DNA of 64,000 bases from a bacterium. GTDB lineage: Bacteria; Krumholzibacteriota; Krumholzibacteriia; LZORAL124-64-63. This document shows, piece after piece, positions 44,181-55,073 of this stretch. A program made the translations under genes and the position numbers. Positions within the stretch are counted from its first letter, which is position 1. Each line of letters starts with the position of its first letter. The stretch covers positions 12,552 to 76,551 of the forward strand of contig PIVY01000002.1 of NCBI GenBank assembly GCA_003353795.1, written 5' to 3'. The notes under the pieces are model-generated. The model saw only the letters and a list, made by a program, of their open reading frames with translations. It had not been told where the DNA came from and made no database searches.

Positions 44181-45223
44181 ACGAGAATGTGATGAACGAC
44201 CTCCTCGCCGGACGTAGCCTCGATGCCACCGGCGCCGAGGCCCTCATGGGCGACATCATGACCGGCGCTCTGGACGCGGCTCGTCTCGGCGCCGTGCTGG
44301 CGGCGCTCCAGGTTCGGGGCGTCACGGCCGTCGAGCTCGGCGGCTTCGCCCGGGGCATGCGGGCCCGCGCTGTACCGGTCACCGCCGACTGCATCGACCG
44401 CGCCATCGACACCTGCGGCACCGGCGGCGACGGTCAGGGCACCTTCAACATCTCCACGGCCGCGGCGCTGGTGGCCGCCGCTGCGGGTGCGCCGGTGGCC
44501 AAGCACGGCAATCGCGCGGCCAGTTCCCTGTGCGGATCGGCCGATGTGCTCCAGGCCCTGGGCGTGAATCTGGACCTGGAGCCGGCCGCTCTGGGCCGCC
44601 TGCTCGACGAGGTCGGCATCGCCTTCCTGTTCGCACCGAATCACCACCCGGCCATGCGCCATGCCGTGCCGGTGCGGCGGTCGCTGGGCGTGCGCACGGT
44701 GTTCAACCTGCTGGGGCCGCTGACCAATCCAGCCGGCGTCCGTCGACAACTCCTCGGGGTGTACGCGCCCGAACTGGTGGACCTCATGGCCGGCGCCCTG
44801 CTCGAACTGGGCGCGGTGCGGGCGCTGGTGGTTCACGGCCACGACGGTCAGGACGAACTGGCGCTCACCGGCGAGACGCTGGTGGCCGAGATCGCGGACG
44901 GCAGCGTGACGCGACACACGGTGACGCCCGAGGATGCGGGACTGCAGCGGTGCGCCGCGGCCGACCTGGCCGGCGGTGACGCCGCGGCCAATGCCGACCT
45001 GATGCGCGGCGTGCTGACCGGCGAACCCGGACCGCGTACCGACGCCGTCCTTTTCAACGCGGGAGGCGCGCTCATGGCCGCCGATCTCGCCATCGATTTG
45101 CGCGAGGGCGTGGGTCTCGCGCGCGCGGCCGTGGGCGACGGCCGCGCCGCGACGCTGCTGGCCGATCTGGCCGCGGCTACCCACGACCTCGCGCGTGAAT
45201 CCAACGTGGGAGGCGAATCGTGA
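44177..45223 (+). CDS. trpD: Anthranilate phosphoribosyltransferase
   Basis: CGTGGDG.GTFNISTAAA..VAKHGNRA is the signature. ATGA overlap with trpG. Confidence 0.95.
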   Translation: MNENVMNDLLAGRSLDATGAEALMGDIMTGALDAARLGAVLAALQVRGVTAVELGGFARGMRARAVPVTADCIDRAIDTCGTGGDGQGTFNISTAAALVAAAAGAPVAKHGNRAASSLCGSADVLQALGVNLDLEPAALGRLLDEVGIAFLFAPNHHPAMRHAVPVRRSLGVRTVFNLLGPLTNPAGVRRQLLGVYAPELVDLMAGALLELGAVRALVVHGHDGQDELALTGETLVAEIADGSVTRHTVTPEDAGLQRCAAADLAGGDAAANADLMRGVLTGEPGPRTDAVLFNAGGALMAADLAIDLREGVGLARAAVGDGRAATLLADLAAATHDLARESNVGGES

Positions 45224-46026
45224 ACGGATTCCTGGAACGCGTCCGGGCCCAGAAGGAGGCCGAGGTCACCGTCGGTCAAGCCGGCCGCAGCCTGGCCGAT
45301 CTGCGCGCGGGGGTCGCCGACATGGCGCCGTGCCGCGATTTCCGCGGGGCGCTCACCGCGGGCAGCGACCGCATCATCGCCGAGGTGAAGCGCCGGTCGC
45401 CCAGCGTGCCGCAGTTCCTGCGACGGGAGCCGCCCGCCGAACTGGCCGCTCTTTACCACGAGGCCGGCGCCGCCGCGCTGTCGCTGGTGACCGACCGGGC
45501 CAATTTCGGCACGGGTCCGGCCGACATCGCACCCATGCGAGCGGCGGCGCCCCTGCCGCTCATCGCCAAGGACTTCATCATCGACCCCTGGCAGGTCCTG
45601 GCCTTGCGCGCCGCGGGCGCCGACGCCGTGCTACTCATCGCTCGATTGCTGGAGCCGAACCAGCTGGCCGACCTCCACGGACTCGCGCACGAGCTGGGTC
45701 TCGCCGCACTGGTGGAATGCCACACGGCGGGCGACCTGCGCGCCGCCCTCGCCGGCGGCGCCGACCTGGTGGGATTCAACAATCGAAACCTCGATACCTT
45801 CGAGGTCTCCCTGGACGTGAGCCGAGCCCTCCTGCCACAGGTGCCCGTGGGTTGCGCAGCCGTGGTGGAAAGCGGGCTGGCCGGACGGGCCGAGGTGGCG
45901 GCGCTGCAGGGCCTGGGCGCCACGGCGTTCCTGGTCGGCGGGTCGCTGCTCCAGTCGGATGATCCGGCCGCGATGCTGCGGGCCCTGCGAGGCGCCGACG
46001 ATTCGCGCCGCGAGGAGGTGTCGTGA
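45220..46026 (+). CDS. trpC: Indole-3-glycerol phosphate synthase
   Basis: The GTG start overlaps the trpD stop (GTGA). Family stretches are IIAEVKRRSPS, LSLVTD..F.G, LIAKDFIIDPWQV and VGFNNRNL. Confidence 0.93.
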   Translation: MNGFLERVRAQKEAEVTVGQAGRSLADLRAGVADMAPCRDFRGALTAGSDRIIAEVKRRSPSVPQFLRREPPAELAALYHEAGAAALSLVTDRANFGTGPADIAPMRAAAPLPLIAKDFIIDPWQVLALRAAGADAVLLIARLLEPNQLADLHGLAHELGLAALVECHTAGDLRAALAGGADLVGFNNRNLDTFEVSLDVSRALLPQVPVGCAAVVESGLAGRAEVAALQGLGATAFLVGGSLLQSDDPAAMLRALRGADDSRREEVS

Positions 46027-46682
46027 TGCGACCGCTCGTGAAGATCTGCGGCCTGACCCGGCCCGAGGACGCGCGCCTCTGCCGCGACGCCGGCGCCGAT
46101 CTGCTCGGCGTCATCTTCGCCGATAGTCCGCGCCAGGTAACCGTTGGACAGGCCGCCGACATCCGCGCCGCCTGTAGCCACGCGCCCCTGGTCGGCGTGT
46201 TCACCGACGGAACGCCCACGGCCATCGCCGAGGTGGTGGCCGCCGTGGGGCTCGACCTGGTGCAGTTGCACGCCTGCGACGACCCTGCTCGCTGGGAGGC
46301 GGTGGGCCGGGCGTCCGGAGTGTCGGTGCTGCCGGCGGTCACGGCCGACCGTGCCGACGACGCGGTCTCCGCCATGCTCGCGCGGCCCGACCTCTTGCTG
46401 GCGGGCCTGCTCCTCGACCTCCCCAAGCGTACCCGCGACGCCGGATCCGACGGCCGGGTCACATTGATCGAGACGGCGCGGCGTTGCCGCGATCGCGGTA
46501 TCCGCGTCATGCTTGCCGGCGCGCTCGATGCTGCTACCGTGCCGCTCGCCATGCGCGAGGTGAAACCGTTTGGGTTGGACGTTTGCCGCGGCGTGGAATC
46601 GGCGCCCGGTGTGAAGGATCCCGAACTGGTCGCACGATTCCTCGCCGCCGTCGATCATCCGGAGGTGGATCATGTCCACTGA
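46023..46682 (+). CDS. trpF: Phosphoribosylanthranilate isomerase
   Basis: [24 protein letters not shown]. The start is GTG 46023 (GTGA overlap) or ATG 46026. Confidence 0.9.
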   Translation: MMRPLVKICGLTRPEDARLCRDAGADLLGVIFADSPRQVTVGQAADIRAACSHAPLVGVFTDGTPTAIAEVVAAVGLDLVQLHACDDPARWEAVGRASGVSVLPAVTADRADDAVSAMLARPDLLLAGLLLDLPKRTRDAGSDGRVTLIETARRCRDRGIRVMLAGALDAATVPLAMREVKPFGLDVCRGVESAPGVKDPELVARFLAAVDHPEVDHVH

Positions 46683-47850
46683 GATTACTCGCGCCGGCCG
46701 CTTCGGCCCTTTCGGCGGACAGTACGTGCCGGAGACCCTCATGCCGGCGATCACCGAACTGGCCGCCGCTCACATCGAGGCGCTCGCCGACCCGGCGTTC
46801 GCCGCGGAACTCGATGCTCTGCTGGCCGACTTCGCCGGCCGGCCCACCCCGCTGTATCGCGCGCGCCGACTCGAGTCGGTGTTGCCCGGGGAAGCGCAGG
46901 TGTGGCTCAAGCGGGAAGACCTGGTCCACACCGGCGCCCACAAGCTCAACAACTGCCTCGGTCAGGTGCTGCTGGCGCGGCGCATGGGCAAGCGGCGCAT
47001 CATTGCCGAGACCGGCGCCGGCCAGCATGGCGTTGCCACCGCCGCGGTATGCGCCCACTTCGGCCTGGAGTGCACCGTCTACATGGGCGAGACCGACATG
47101 CAGCGGCAGCGTCCCAACGTGCAGCGCATGCGGCTGTTCGGCGCCGAGGTCCGGCCCGCGCTCACCGGCAGCCGCACCCTCAAGGACGCCACCAGCGAGG
47201 CCATCCGCGACTGGGTGGCCTCGGTGGCGACGACCCACTACATCATCGGATCGGTGGTCGGTCCGCATCCGTATCCGTCGCTGGTGGCCGACTTCCAGGC
47301 GGTGATCGGTCGCGAGGCGCGCGAGCAGATCTTCGCCGCCGCCGGCCGCCTTCCCAGCCACGCCCTGGCCTGCATCGGCGGCGGCAGCAATGCCATGGGA
47401 TTGTTCCGCGGCTTCCTCGATGACGGCGACGTCCGGCTGGTCGGCGTGGAGGCCGGCGGCGGTCCCGAGGGGCATGCTGCGACTCTCGGAAAGGGCGATC
47501 CCGGGGTGCTGCACGGCACGCTCTCGCTCCTGCTACAGGATCAGGACGGCCAGGTCGCGCCGGTGCACTCCATTTCCGCCGGCCTCGACTACCCGGGGGT
47601 CGGCCCCCAGCTGGCGCACCTCAAGGACAGCGGCCGGCTCGCCGTGGCCAGCGCCACCGATGCCGAGGCGCTGGACGCGCTGCGGTCGCTCTGCCGGCTC
47701 GAAGGCATCTTGCCGGCCCTGGAAACGGCCCACGCTCTGGCGCACCTGCAGACGCTCGCTGCCGATCCCGATGCCGATCTCATCGTGGTGAACCTTTCCG
47801 GGCGCGGCGACAAGGACCTCGACCACTTGCCCCCGGAGGTGTCGGCATGA
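46672..47850 (+). CDS. trpB: Tryptophan synthase beta chain
   Basis: [15 protein letters not shown] and [16 protein letters not shown] (the PLP Lys context) plus GGGSNAMG. It overlaps trpF by 11 nt, and GGAGGTGG lies upstream. Confidence 0.97.
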   Translation: MSTEITRAGRFGPFGGQYVPETLMPAITELAAAHIEALADPAFAAELDALLADFAGRPTPLYRARRLESVLPGEAQVWLKREDLVHTGAHKLNNCLGQVLLARRMGKRRIIAETGAGQHGVATAAVCAHFGLECTVYMGETDMQRQRPNVQRMRLFGAEVRPALTGSRTLKDATSEAIRDWVASVATTHYIIGSVVGPHPYPSLVADFQAVIGREAREQIFAAAGRLPSHALACIGGGSNAMGLFRGFLDDGDVRLVGVEAGGGPEGHAATLGKGDPGVLHGTLSLLLQDQDGQVAPVHSISAGLDYPGVGPQLAHLKDSGRLAVASATDAEALDALRSLCRLEGILPALETAHALAHLQTLAADPDADLIVVNLSGRGDKDLDHLPPEVSA

Positions 47851-48650
47851 CCGCTCTCGAACGCGCGTGCCGCGACCGCCGCCAGCGAGGCGAGAAGGCG
47901 CTGGTGCCGTTCCTCACCGCGGGCTTCCCGGACGAGCGCACGTCGCTGGAACTGCTGGCCGCCTGCGCGCGGCGCGGCTGCGAGGTGGTGGAGATCGGCG
48001 TGCCGTTCTCCGACCCCGTGGCCGACGGCCCCGTGATCCAGCAGGCCAGCCAGGCCGCCCTGGCCGGCGGCATGACCCTGCGCCGAGCCCTCGACCTGGT
48101 GACCGAACTGAAGGACGAGGCGGTGCAGCCGGTGATGATGACCTACCTAAATCCGGTGCTGCGCCTGGGTCTGGACGAGTTCGCACGGCGGTCTGCGCGC
48201 GCCGGTTGCGCCGGCGTGATCGTGCCCGACCTGAGCAGCGAGGAAACGGCGCCGCTGCGCGACGCCCTCTCCGGCGAAGGCGTGGCCCTCGTCGACCTGG
48301 TGGCACCGACCACCACCGAGGATCGCATGGCCGCGATCACCGCCACCGCCGGCGGCTTCCTCTACCTGGTGGCGGTGGCTGGCGTGACCGGCACGACCAG
48401 CGCGAATGCTGCCGACCTGCAGTCCTTCACCGACCGCGTCCGCCGGCACACCGACCTGCCGCTCTACGTCGGCTTCGGCATCGACGGCGCCGTGAAGGCC
48501 CGCGAGGCCGTCCAGGCCGCCGACGGCGCCATCGTGGGCAGTGCGCTCATCCGGCGCCTGCTCGACAACCCGGATTCCGGCGGCGTGACAGCCGTCCTCG
48601 ACCTGGTCGACGAAATGCTCGCCGCCCTTTCCCGGAGGACCACCTCATGA
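47847..48650 (+). CDS. trpA: Tryptophan synthase alpha chain
   Basis: [11 protein letters not shown].., [17 protein letters not shown] and [17 protein letters not shown] overlap with trpB. Confidence 0.95.
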   Translation: MTALERACRDRRQRGEKALVPFLTAGFPDERTSLELLAACARRGCEVVEIGVPFSDPVADGPVIQQASQAALAGGMTLRRALDLVTELKDEAVQPVMMTYLNPVLRLGLDEFARRSARAGCAGVIVPDLSSEETAPLRDALSGEGVALVDLVAPTTTEDRMAAITATAGGFLYLVAVAGVTGTTSANAADLQSFTDRVRRHTDLPLYVGFGIDGAVKAREAVQAADGAIVGSALIRRLLDNPDSGGVTAVLDLVDEMLAALSRRTTS

Positions 48651-49699
48651 TGATCGTGACCATGCAGCCCGGCGCCTCGGTGGCCCAGATCGGCGCCGTG
48701 TTGCGGCACTGTCAGGAGCGCGACCTGCGACCGGTACCCAGCCACGGAACCGAGCGCACGGTGATCGGCGTCATCCATGCCGATCAACGCACCGACCTGT
48801 CCGCCGTGGCGTCCCTGCCGGGCGTGGACCAGGTCACGCCCGTGTCGGCCGCGCTCCAGCTGGTGAGCCGCGAGTTCCGCGACGAACCCACCGTGGTGCA
48901 CGTCGGCGGCGTGGCCATCGGCGGCCCCGAGTTCGTGGTCATGGCGGGCCCGTGTTCGGTGGAGACCGAGGCGCAAATCAATGCCTGTGCCCGTCAGGTG
49001 GGCGCCTGCGGCGGTCGCATCCTGCGAGGTGGCGCCTACAAGCCGCGCACGTCGCCGTACAGCTTTCAGGGACTGGGCGAGGAGGGGCTGCAACTCTTGA
49101 CCGCGGCCGGCCGCGCGGTGGGATTGCCCACGGTCACCGAGGTCATGCACCCCGATCTGGTGGAGACAGTGGCGAGGTATGCGGATATCCTGCAGATTGG
49201 CGCCCGCAACGTGCAAAACTACGCGTTGTTGTCGGCAGTGGGCAGGGTGCGCAAGCCCGTCCTTCTCAAGCGTGGGCTCATGACCACCATCGAGGAACTG
49301 CTCATGGCGGCCGAGTACATCCTGGCCGGAGGCAATGGACAGGTGATCCTCTGTGAACGCGGCATCCGCACCTTCGAGACGTCCGTGCGCAACACGCTGG
49401 ACGTGTCGGCCGTGCCGGTGATCAAGAGCCAGAGTCACCTGCCGGTGATCCTCGACCCGAGCCACGCTGCCGGCAAGCGCGAGTTCGTGCCGGCGCTGGC
49501 GCTGGCGTCGCTCGCCGCCGGCGCCGACGGCATCATGGTGGAGATGCATCCGGTGCCCGAGGAGGCGTACAGCGACGGTCGGCAGAGTCTCGACTTTCCC
49601 GGCTTCGCGGCGCTCATGGATTCGTTGCGGCCCGTGGGCGCGGCCCTGGGCCGACACGTGGCCGCGGTCCGGCCCGATCTGACGGAGGCGTCTGCATGA
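48647..49699 (+). CDS. aroF: 3-deoxy-7-phosphoheptulonate (DAHP) synthase, type I-beta, with an N-terminal ferredoxin/ACT-like domain
   Basis: ATG 48647 overlaps the trpA stop (ATGA), and CGGAGGA lies upstream. The core stretches are [43 protein letters not shown] and DPSH. The first ~85 aa ([19 protein letters not shown]...VTPV) are an extra domain. The track ORF 47867-49699 is a frame chimera. Confidence 0.92.
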   Translation: MMIVTMQPGASVAQIGAVLRHCQERDLRPVPSHGTERTVIGVIHADQRTDLSAVASLPGVDQVTPVSAALQLVSREFRDEPTVVHVGGVAIGGPEFVVMAGPCSVETEAQINACARQVGACGGRILRGGAYKPRTSPYSFQGLGEEGLQLLTAAGRAVGLPTVTEVMHPDLVETVARYADILQIGARNVQNYALLSAVGRVRKPVLLKRGLMTTIEELLMAAEYILAGGNGQVILCERGIRTFETSVRNTLDVSAVPVIKSQSHLPVILDPSHAAGKREFVPALALASLAAGADGIMVEMHPVPEEAYSDGRQSLDFPGFAALMDSLRPVGAALGRHVAAVRPDLTEASA

Positions 49700-51024
49700 G
49701 AGCGGTGGTGCGCGGCGCCCGAGGCGTGAACGGCGAGTTGAGTCTGCCGGGCGACAAGTCCCTGGCTCACCGCGCCCTCCTCTTCGGCGCGCTGGCCGAC
49801 GGCGAGATGCGCGTACGCGGACTGCCACCCGGCGGCGACGTTGCGAGCACGCGGAGCTGTCTCGAAACTCTCGGCGCACGTTTCGAGGACATCCCCGGCG
49901 GCGTGCGCGTGCTGCCGCCCGAGTCATGGCGTACCGGCGAGACGCTCGATTGCGGCAACTCCGGCACCACGACTCGCCTGCTCGCCGGCGTGCTCGCGGG
50001 CCTCGGCCTGGCGACCACCCTTGACGGCGACGCCTCGCTTCGCCGTCGTCCCATGCGCCGCGTGGCCGATCCGTTGCGCCTGCTTGGCGCGTCGGTGACG
50101 ACCCGCGAGGACGGCTGCCTGCCCCTGATAATCGCACCGCCGCGCGACCGGCTCGACGGCATCCGCGTGGAACTGGCCGTGGCCAGCGCACAGGTCAAGA
50201 GCGCGATCCTGCTGGCGGGATTGTTCGCCACCGGTCCGACCACCGTGGTCGAGCCGGCCCTGAGCCGCGACCACACCGAGCGCATGCTCGCGGCCATGGG
50301 TGTCGACGTGCAGCGCGACGGCCTGGCGGTGACCGTTCCCGGGCGACGCGACGACGGTGCCGCTCCCCGCCTTCACGGCCTGACGCTGGACCTGCCGGGC
50401 GACATCTCCACGGCGGCATTCTACCTCGCTGCCGGCGCCATGCGGCCGGGGTCGTCGGTGATTCTCCGGGGTGTGGGGATCAACCCGTCGCGCACCGGAA
50501 TCCTGGATGCCCTTCACGGCATGGGGGCGGCCGTGAAGCTGGCCAACGAACGCACGGCCGCCGGCGAGCCCGTGGCCGATCTGGCCACCGAGAGCTCGCC
50601 CATGCGGGGCATCTCGATCGGCGGCGACCTGGTGCCGCGCCTCATCGACGAGCTTCCCATTCTCGCAGTGGCGGCCACGGCGGCCGATGGCGCCACCGAG
50701 GTACGCGACGCCGCCGAGTTGCGGCACAAGGAATCCGACCGCATCGCGACCACGGTGACCCAGCTCGCACGCCTGGGCGCCGACATCCACGAACGGCCGG
50801 ACGGTTTCACCATTCACGGTCCTTGCCGCTTGCGCGGCGCCGAGGTGGATGCCGGCGGCGATCATCGTCTGGCCATGGCATTGGCCGTGGCGGCGCTGTC
50901 GGCCGAGGGCGAAACGGTGATCTCCGGCGCGGAGGCGGCCTCGGTCTCGCATCCCGACTTCTGGTCGGACGTGGCGCGCCTCGCCGGTCCCGATGCCGTG
51001 CGCCTCGAGGAGGAGAACGCGTGA
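49696..51024 (+). CDS. aroA: 3-phosphoshikimate 1-carboxyvinyltransferase (EPSP synthase)
   Basis: [30 protein letters not shown] and DHRLAMA. ATGA overlap with aroF. Confidence 0.95.
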   Translation: MRAVVRGARGVNGELSLPGDKSLAHRALLFGALADGEMRVRGLPPGGDVASTRSCLETLGARFEDIPGGVRVLPPESWRTGETLDCGNSGTTTRLLAGVLAGLGLATTLDGDASLRRRPMRRVADPLRLLGASVTTREDGCLPLIIAPPRDRLDGIRVELAVASAQVKSAILLAGLFATGPTTVVEPALSRDHTERMLAAMGVDVQRDGLAVTVPGRRDDGAAPRLHGLTLDLPGDISTAAFYLAAGAMRPGSSVILRGVGINPSRTGILDALHGMGAAVKLANERTAAGEPVADLATESSPMRGISIGGDLVPRLIDELPILAVAATAADGATEVRDAAELRHKESDRIATTVTQLARLGADIHERPDGFTIHGPCRLRGAEVDAGGDHRLAMALAVAALSAEGETVISGAEAASVSHPDFWSDVARLAGPDAVRLEEENA

Positions 51025-51875
51025 CCGTTGGCGGCGCTTCCCGCGTATACGGCCTCATCGGCGACCCCGTGGCGCACAGCCTGTCCCCGCGCCTGATGAA
51101 CGACGCCTTCGCGCGGCTGGGCATCGACGCGGTGTACGTGGCCTGGCGCCTGGCGTCCGACTACGTGGGCTCGGCCGTGGCCGGCCTCGTGACCCTGGGC
51201 GTGGCCGGCGTCAACGTGACCTACCCGCACAAGGCCGCGGTGCTGCCTCACGTGGCGTCCCGCTCCAACGCGGTCGCAACGCTGGGCGCGGCCAATGTAC
51301 TGGCCCTCGACGCCGACGGTTTCCGGGCCGAGAACACCGACGCCGGGGGGACCGCACTGGCCTTGACCGAGTTGCTCGACTGGCCGGTGACCCACCGTCG
51401 CGTGGTGATCCTCGGCGCCGGCGGCGCGGGCCGGGCGGCGGCGCTGGGCCTGCTGGTCGCGGGAGCCGAGCGCGTCGACTTCCTGGTGCGCGACCGTTCG
51501 CGTGCCGAAGCCGGACTTGTCGGCTTGCGCGCGGCTCATGAAGCGGTCGCCGTCCACGTTCTCGACAGCCGCGACGCAGCCGGGTGCCTGGACGCTGCCC
51601 ACCTCGTGGTGCAGGCCACCCCGGTGGGTCTCGACGATCCCGGCGCTGCTTCCCTAATCGACCCGGCACAGGCGCCGAACGCCGCGGGATTCGAACTGGT
51701 CTACGGCGAACGCCCCACCGCGTTCGCCGCCGCCTGGCGCGGCGCCGGTCGACCGTGTCTCGACGGACGCGATCTGCTGGCGGCCCAGGCCCACCTGGCT
51801 CTTCATGTCTGGCTGAACGACGCGCCCGACCTGGCCGACATGCGCCGGGTCATTGCGCCCGAGGAGGTCGCGTGA
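51021..51875 (+). CDS. aroE: Shikimate dehydrogenase
   Basis: GTG 51021 overlaps the aroA stop (GTGA). Family stretches are YGLIGDPVAHSLSPRLMN, GVNVTYPHK, NTDAGG and ILGAGGAGRAAA. Confidence 0.9.
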   Translation: MTVGGASRVYGLIGDPVAHSLSPRLMNDAFARLGIDAVYVAWRLASDYVGSAVAGLVTLGVAGVNVTYPHKAAVLPHVASRSNAVATLGAANVLALDADGFRAENTDAGGTALALTELLDWPVTHRRVVILGAGGAGRAAALGLLVAGAERVDFLVRDRSRAEAGLVGLRAAHEAVAVHVLDSRDAAGCLDAAHLVVQATPVGLDDPGAASLIDPAQAPNAAGFELVYGERPTAFAAAWRGAGRPCLDGRDLLAAQAHLALHVWLNDAPDLADMRRVIAPEEVA

Positions 51876-53545
51876 CCACGACGAAACGCAACGTGGTGCT
51901 CACCGGATTCATGGGCACCGGCAAGACCGCCGTCGGCCGCGTTCTGGCCGACCTGCTCGGCCGCCCCTTCTGCGATCTGGATGCGGTGATCGAGGAGGCG
52001 GCCGGCTGTCCGGTGGCCGAGATCTTCGCGGCCGAAGGCGAGGACGGTTTCCGACGCCGCGAGCGGGAGGCCGCCGCCGCGGTTGGTGCCCGGCGCGGCC
52101 TGGTGGTCGCCACTGGCGGCGGCACCCTCATCGACCCGGCCAATCGCGAGGCACTCTCCGCCGGCGGCGACCTGGTCCTCCTGACCACTGCGGCGCCCGA
52201 ACTGGCCGACCGCCTCGGCGACGGCGCCGGGCAACGCCCGCTGCTGGCTGGCCACGATGACCTGCGCGCCCGCATCGCTGAACTCCTCGCCGAGCGCGCG
52301 TCCGTCTATGCCGGCTGCGACCACGAATTCGACACGACAGCGCTCGATGCCGACGAGGCCGCCGCCCTGCTGGCTGCGCGCCTGGCCACGCCGTTGACGG
52401 AGATCGACATCCCCGTTCCCGGCGCCGCCGGTCTGCCCGTGCTCGCTGCCCGCGAGCTCACCGGATCGCGCGTGGTCACCGGCCGCGGCACGGTCTGTCG
52501 GCTCGGCGCCGAACTGCGCGACCGCGGTGTCACCGGCCGCGTGGTGCTGGTCATGCCCGAGGTGGTGCGCGATCACTACCTTCCGCGCCTGGTCGCCTCT
52601 CTCGACGCCGCCGAACTGTCGTGGGGCCTGCTGGGAATTCGCGACGGCGACCAGGAGAAGACCTTCGCCCAGGTGGAGGATCTGGTGGACGCCCTGGCCG
52701 GCCTCAGCGCCGATCGTGGCACCTGCGTGGTGGCCGTGGGCGGCGGCGTGACCGGCGACCTGGTGGGCTTCAGCGCCGCGGTCTACATGCGCGGCGCGGC
52801 CCTGGCCATGGTGCCGACCACCCTGCTGGCCCAGGTCGACGCCCACATCGGCGGCAAGACCGGCGTCAACGGTCGCCGCGTCAAGAACCTGGCCGGCTGT
52901 TTCCATCCGCCCATTCTGGTGGTGGCCGACCCCTGCATGCTGGCCACCCTGCCGGACCGTGAGCTGGCCGGCGGCATGGCCGAGGTGGTCAAGTCGGCGC
53001 TCATCGGCGACCCCGCGCTCTTCGACCAGCTCGAGGCGGCGCTTGTCGATCCGGCCGAGAATCGCGACGGCGATCCGCGCCGCGACCCAGAACTGCTCGA
53101 GACCTGTGTGGCGGCTTGCGCCGCCGTGAAGGGCGGCGTGGTCAGTCGCGATCCCTGGGAACTGGGGGAGCGGCGCTTGTTGAACCTGGGCCACACTCTC
53201 GGCCATGCCCTCGAAGCCCAGAGCGCCTACGGTCTGAGCCATGGCGAGGCCGTGTCCATCGGCACCGTGGCGGCCCTGCAAGTGGCCGTGGCGCGCGGCG
53301 CCGCCGAGGCCGATCTCCTCGACCGTACCCGCCGCCTGCTGCAGGCCTGCGGGCTGCCCACCACACCGCCCGAATACGATGCCGCCGACCTCCTCTCGCG
53401 ATTGCATCTGGACAAGAAGCGGCGTGACGGTCGACAGTTCTTCGTGCTGCCACTCGCCGCGGGCGACGTGGTGGTCGTGGACGACGTCGACGATGACGAG
53501 GCCCTCGCGGCCCTGGCCAGGGAGCAAGCGTGCGCATCCTCGTGA
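51872..53545 (+). CDS. aroKB: Bifunctional shikimate kinase / 3-dehydroquinate synthase fusion
   Basis: GTG 51872 overlaps the aroE stop (GTGA). The N-terminal kinase has the GFMGTGKT Walker A and DGFRRRE. The C-terminal DHQ synthase has [32 protein letters not shown] and [12 protein letters not shown]. Confidence 0.9.
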   Translation: MTTTKRNVVLTGFMGTGKTAVGRVLADLLGRPFCDLDAVIEEAAGCPVAEIFAAEGEDGFRRREREAAAAVGARRGLVVATGGGTLIDPANREALSAGGDLVLLTTAAPELADRLGDGAGQRPLLAGHDDLRARIAELLAERASVYAGCDHEFDTTALDADEAAALLAARLATPLTEIDIPVPGAAGLPVLAARELTGSRVVTGRGTVCRLGAELRDRGVTGRVVLVMPEVVRDHYLPRLVASLDAAELSWGLLGIRDGDQEKTFAQVEDLVDALAGLSADRGTCVVAVGGGVTGDLVGFSAAVYMRGAALAMVPTTLLAQVDAHIGGKTGVNGRRVKNLAGCFHPPILVVADPCMLATLPDRELAGGMAEVVKSALIGDPALFDQLEAALVDPAENRDGDPRRDPELLETCVAACAAVKGGVVSRDPWELGERRLLNLGHTLGHALEAQSAYGLSHGEAVSIGTVAALQVAVARGAAEADLLDRTRRLLQACGLPTTPPEYDAADLLSRLHLDKKRRDGRQFFVLPLAAGDVVVVDDVDDDEALAALAREQACASS

Positions 53546-53991
53546 TTCACGGACCGAACCTGAACCTCTTGGGCATCCGCGAGCCGGAAGTCTACGGCAA
53601 GACGACCCTGCAGGAGATCAACCGGAGCCTGCGGGCGCGCGGCGAGGAGATCGGCGCGGCCATCTCCGATTTCCAGAGCAACCACGAGGGCGACATCGTC
53701 GACCGCATCCAGGCGGCGGCCCTCGATATTCCTCGGGCCGACGGCATCATCCTCAACCCGGCGGGCTACACCCACACCAGCGTGGCCATCCGCGATGCGC
53801 TCACGGCGGTGAGCCTGCCCACCTGGGAGATCCACATCTCCGATCCGTCGAAACGCGAGAAGTTCCGCCACGTGTCGCTGGTGCGCGACATCTGCGTGGG
53901 CTGCACCGCCGGCCGCGGCTCGGGCGGCTACATCGAGGCACTGGACGGGCTCGTGGCACACTTGAATTCCGGCGGGGAGGCGTCGTCATGA
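53530..53991 (+). CDS. aroQ: Type II 3-dehydroquinate dehydratase
   Basis: The GTG start gives [30 protein letters not shown] and [11 protein letters not shown] are present. It overlaps aroKB by 16 nt. Confidence 0.93.
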   Translation: MRILVIHGPNLNLLGIREPEVYGKTTLQEINRSLRARGEEIGAAISDFQSNHEGDIVDRIQAAALDIPRADGIILNPAGYTHTSVAIRDALTAVSLPTWEIHISDPSKREKFRHVSLVRDICVGCTAGRGSGGYIEALDGLVAHLNSGGEASS

Positions 53992-55073
53992 GTAGCGTCT
54001 TCGGCCGCCTGTTTCGCGTGAGCACTTTCGGCGAGAGCCATGGCGCCGGCCTCGGAGCGGTGGTGGACGGCTGCCCGCCCCGGCTGCCCCTCTCGGTGAC
54101 CGACATCCAGGCCGCTCTCGATCGTCGGCGTCCCGGCCAGAGCGCGCTGACCACGCCGCGCCAGGAGCCTGATCAGGTGGAGATCCTCTCCGGCGTTCAG
54201 GATGGCGCCACCCTGGGAACGCCCATCGGCCTCCTGATCCGCAACACCGACCAGAAGCCGGCCGACTACAAGGACACCGACGAGGTCCCGCGGCCGAGTC
54301 ACGCCGACTACACCTACCAGATGAAGTATGGTATGCGCGCCCGCAGCGGCGGCGGTCGGGCCAGCGCTCGCGAGACGGCAGCCCGGGTCGCAGCCGGCGC
54401 CGTGGCCTCGCAGCTCCTGCGCTTGCGCTGGGGCGTGGAGGTGGTGGCCTGGGTGGACGCGGTGGGCGACGAGGATCCCGCCCTCGTGGATCCCGCGACC
54501 GTCACCCAGGATGCCGTCGATACCAATGCCGTGCGTTGCCCCGACATCGACGCGGCCGATCGCTTCACCGATCTGATCACCAGCGCCCGCGACGCCGGCG
54601 ATTCGGTGGGCGGCGTGGTGGCCTGCGTGGTGCGCGGCTGTCCTGCCGGCTGGGGCGAGCCGGTGTTCGAGAAGGCCGAGGCACGCCTGGCCGGCGCCAT
54701 GCTGTCGCTGCCGGCGAGCAAGGGATTCGAGATCGGCAGCGGATTCGCCGGCACGCGGTTGCGCGGCAGTCAGCACAACGATGCGTTCGTGGCGCGGGCC
54801 GATGGTTCTCTCGGCACGGCTACCAATCGCAGCGGCGGTGTGCAGGGCGGCATCACCAACGGGGAGCCGGTGGTCATCCGGGTGGCGTTCAAGCCGACGT
54901 CGACCATCGCCATGCCGCAGCCGACGGTGGACTACGAGGGCAAGGCGACGGTGCTGGAGGCGAAAGGGCGCCATGATCCCTGCGTGTTGCCGCGGGCGGT
55001 GCCCATCGTGGAGGCGATGGCGGCGCTGGTGATGGCGGATCTGGGGATGTTGCAGGCGGGGCGGGACGACTAG
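53988..55073 (+). CDS. aroC: Chorismate synthase
   Basis: ATG 53988 overlaps the aroQ stop (ATGA). Family stretches are [34 protein letters not shown] and GRHDPCV. Confidence 0.95.
   Translation: MSSVFGRLFRVSTFGESHGAGLGAVVDGCPPRLPLSVTDIQAALDRRRPGQSALTTPRQEPDQVEILSGVQDGATLGTPIGLLIRNTDQKPADYKDTDEVPRPSHADYTYQMKYGMRARSGGGRASARETAARVAAGAVASQLLRLRWGVEVVAWVDAVGDEDPALVDPATVTQDAVDTNAVRCPDIDAADRFTDLITSARDAGDSVGGVVACVVRGCPAGWGEPVFEKAEARLAGAMLSLPASKGFEIGSGFAGTRLRGSQHNDAFVARADGSLGTATNRSGGVQGGITNGEPVVIRVAFKPTSTIAMPQPTVDYEGKATVLEAKGRHDPCVLPRAVPIVEAMAALVMADLGMLQAGRDD

Noticed and set aside
47867-48646. N-terminal 260 codons of the 610-aa track ORF 47867-49699
   Set aside because: This part is an out-of-frame read across trpA (Arg/Pro/Gly-rich). 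The real DAHP synthase starts at ATG 48647, which overlaps the trpA stop and follows an SD. Homology to DAHP synthase begins only after that point.
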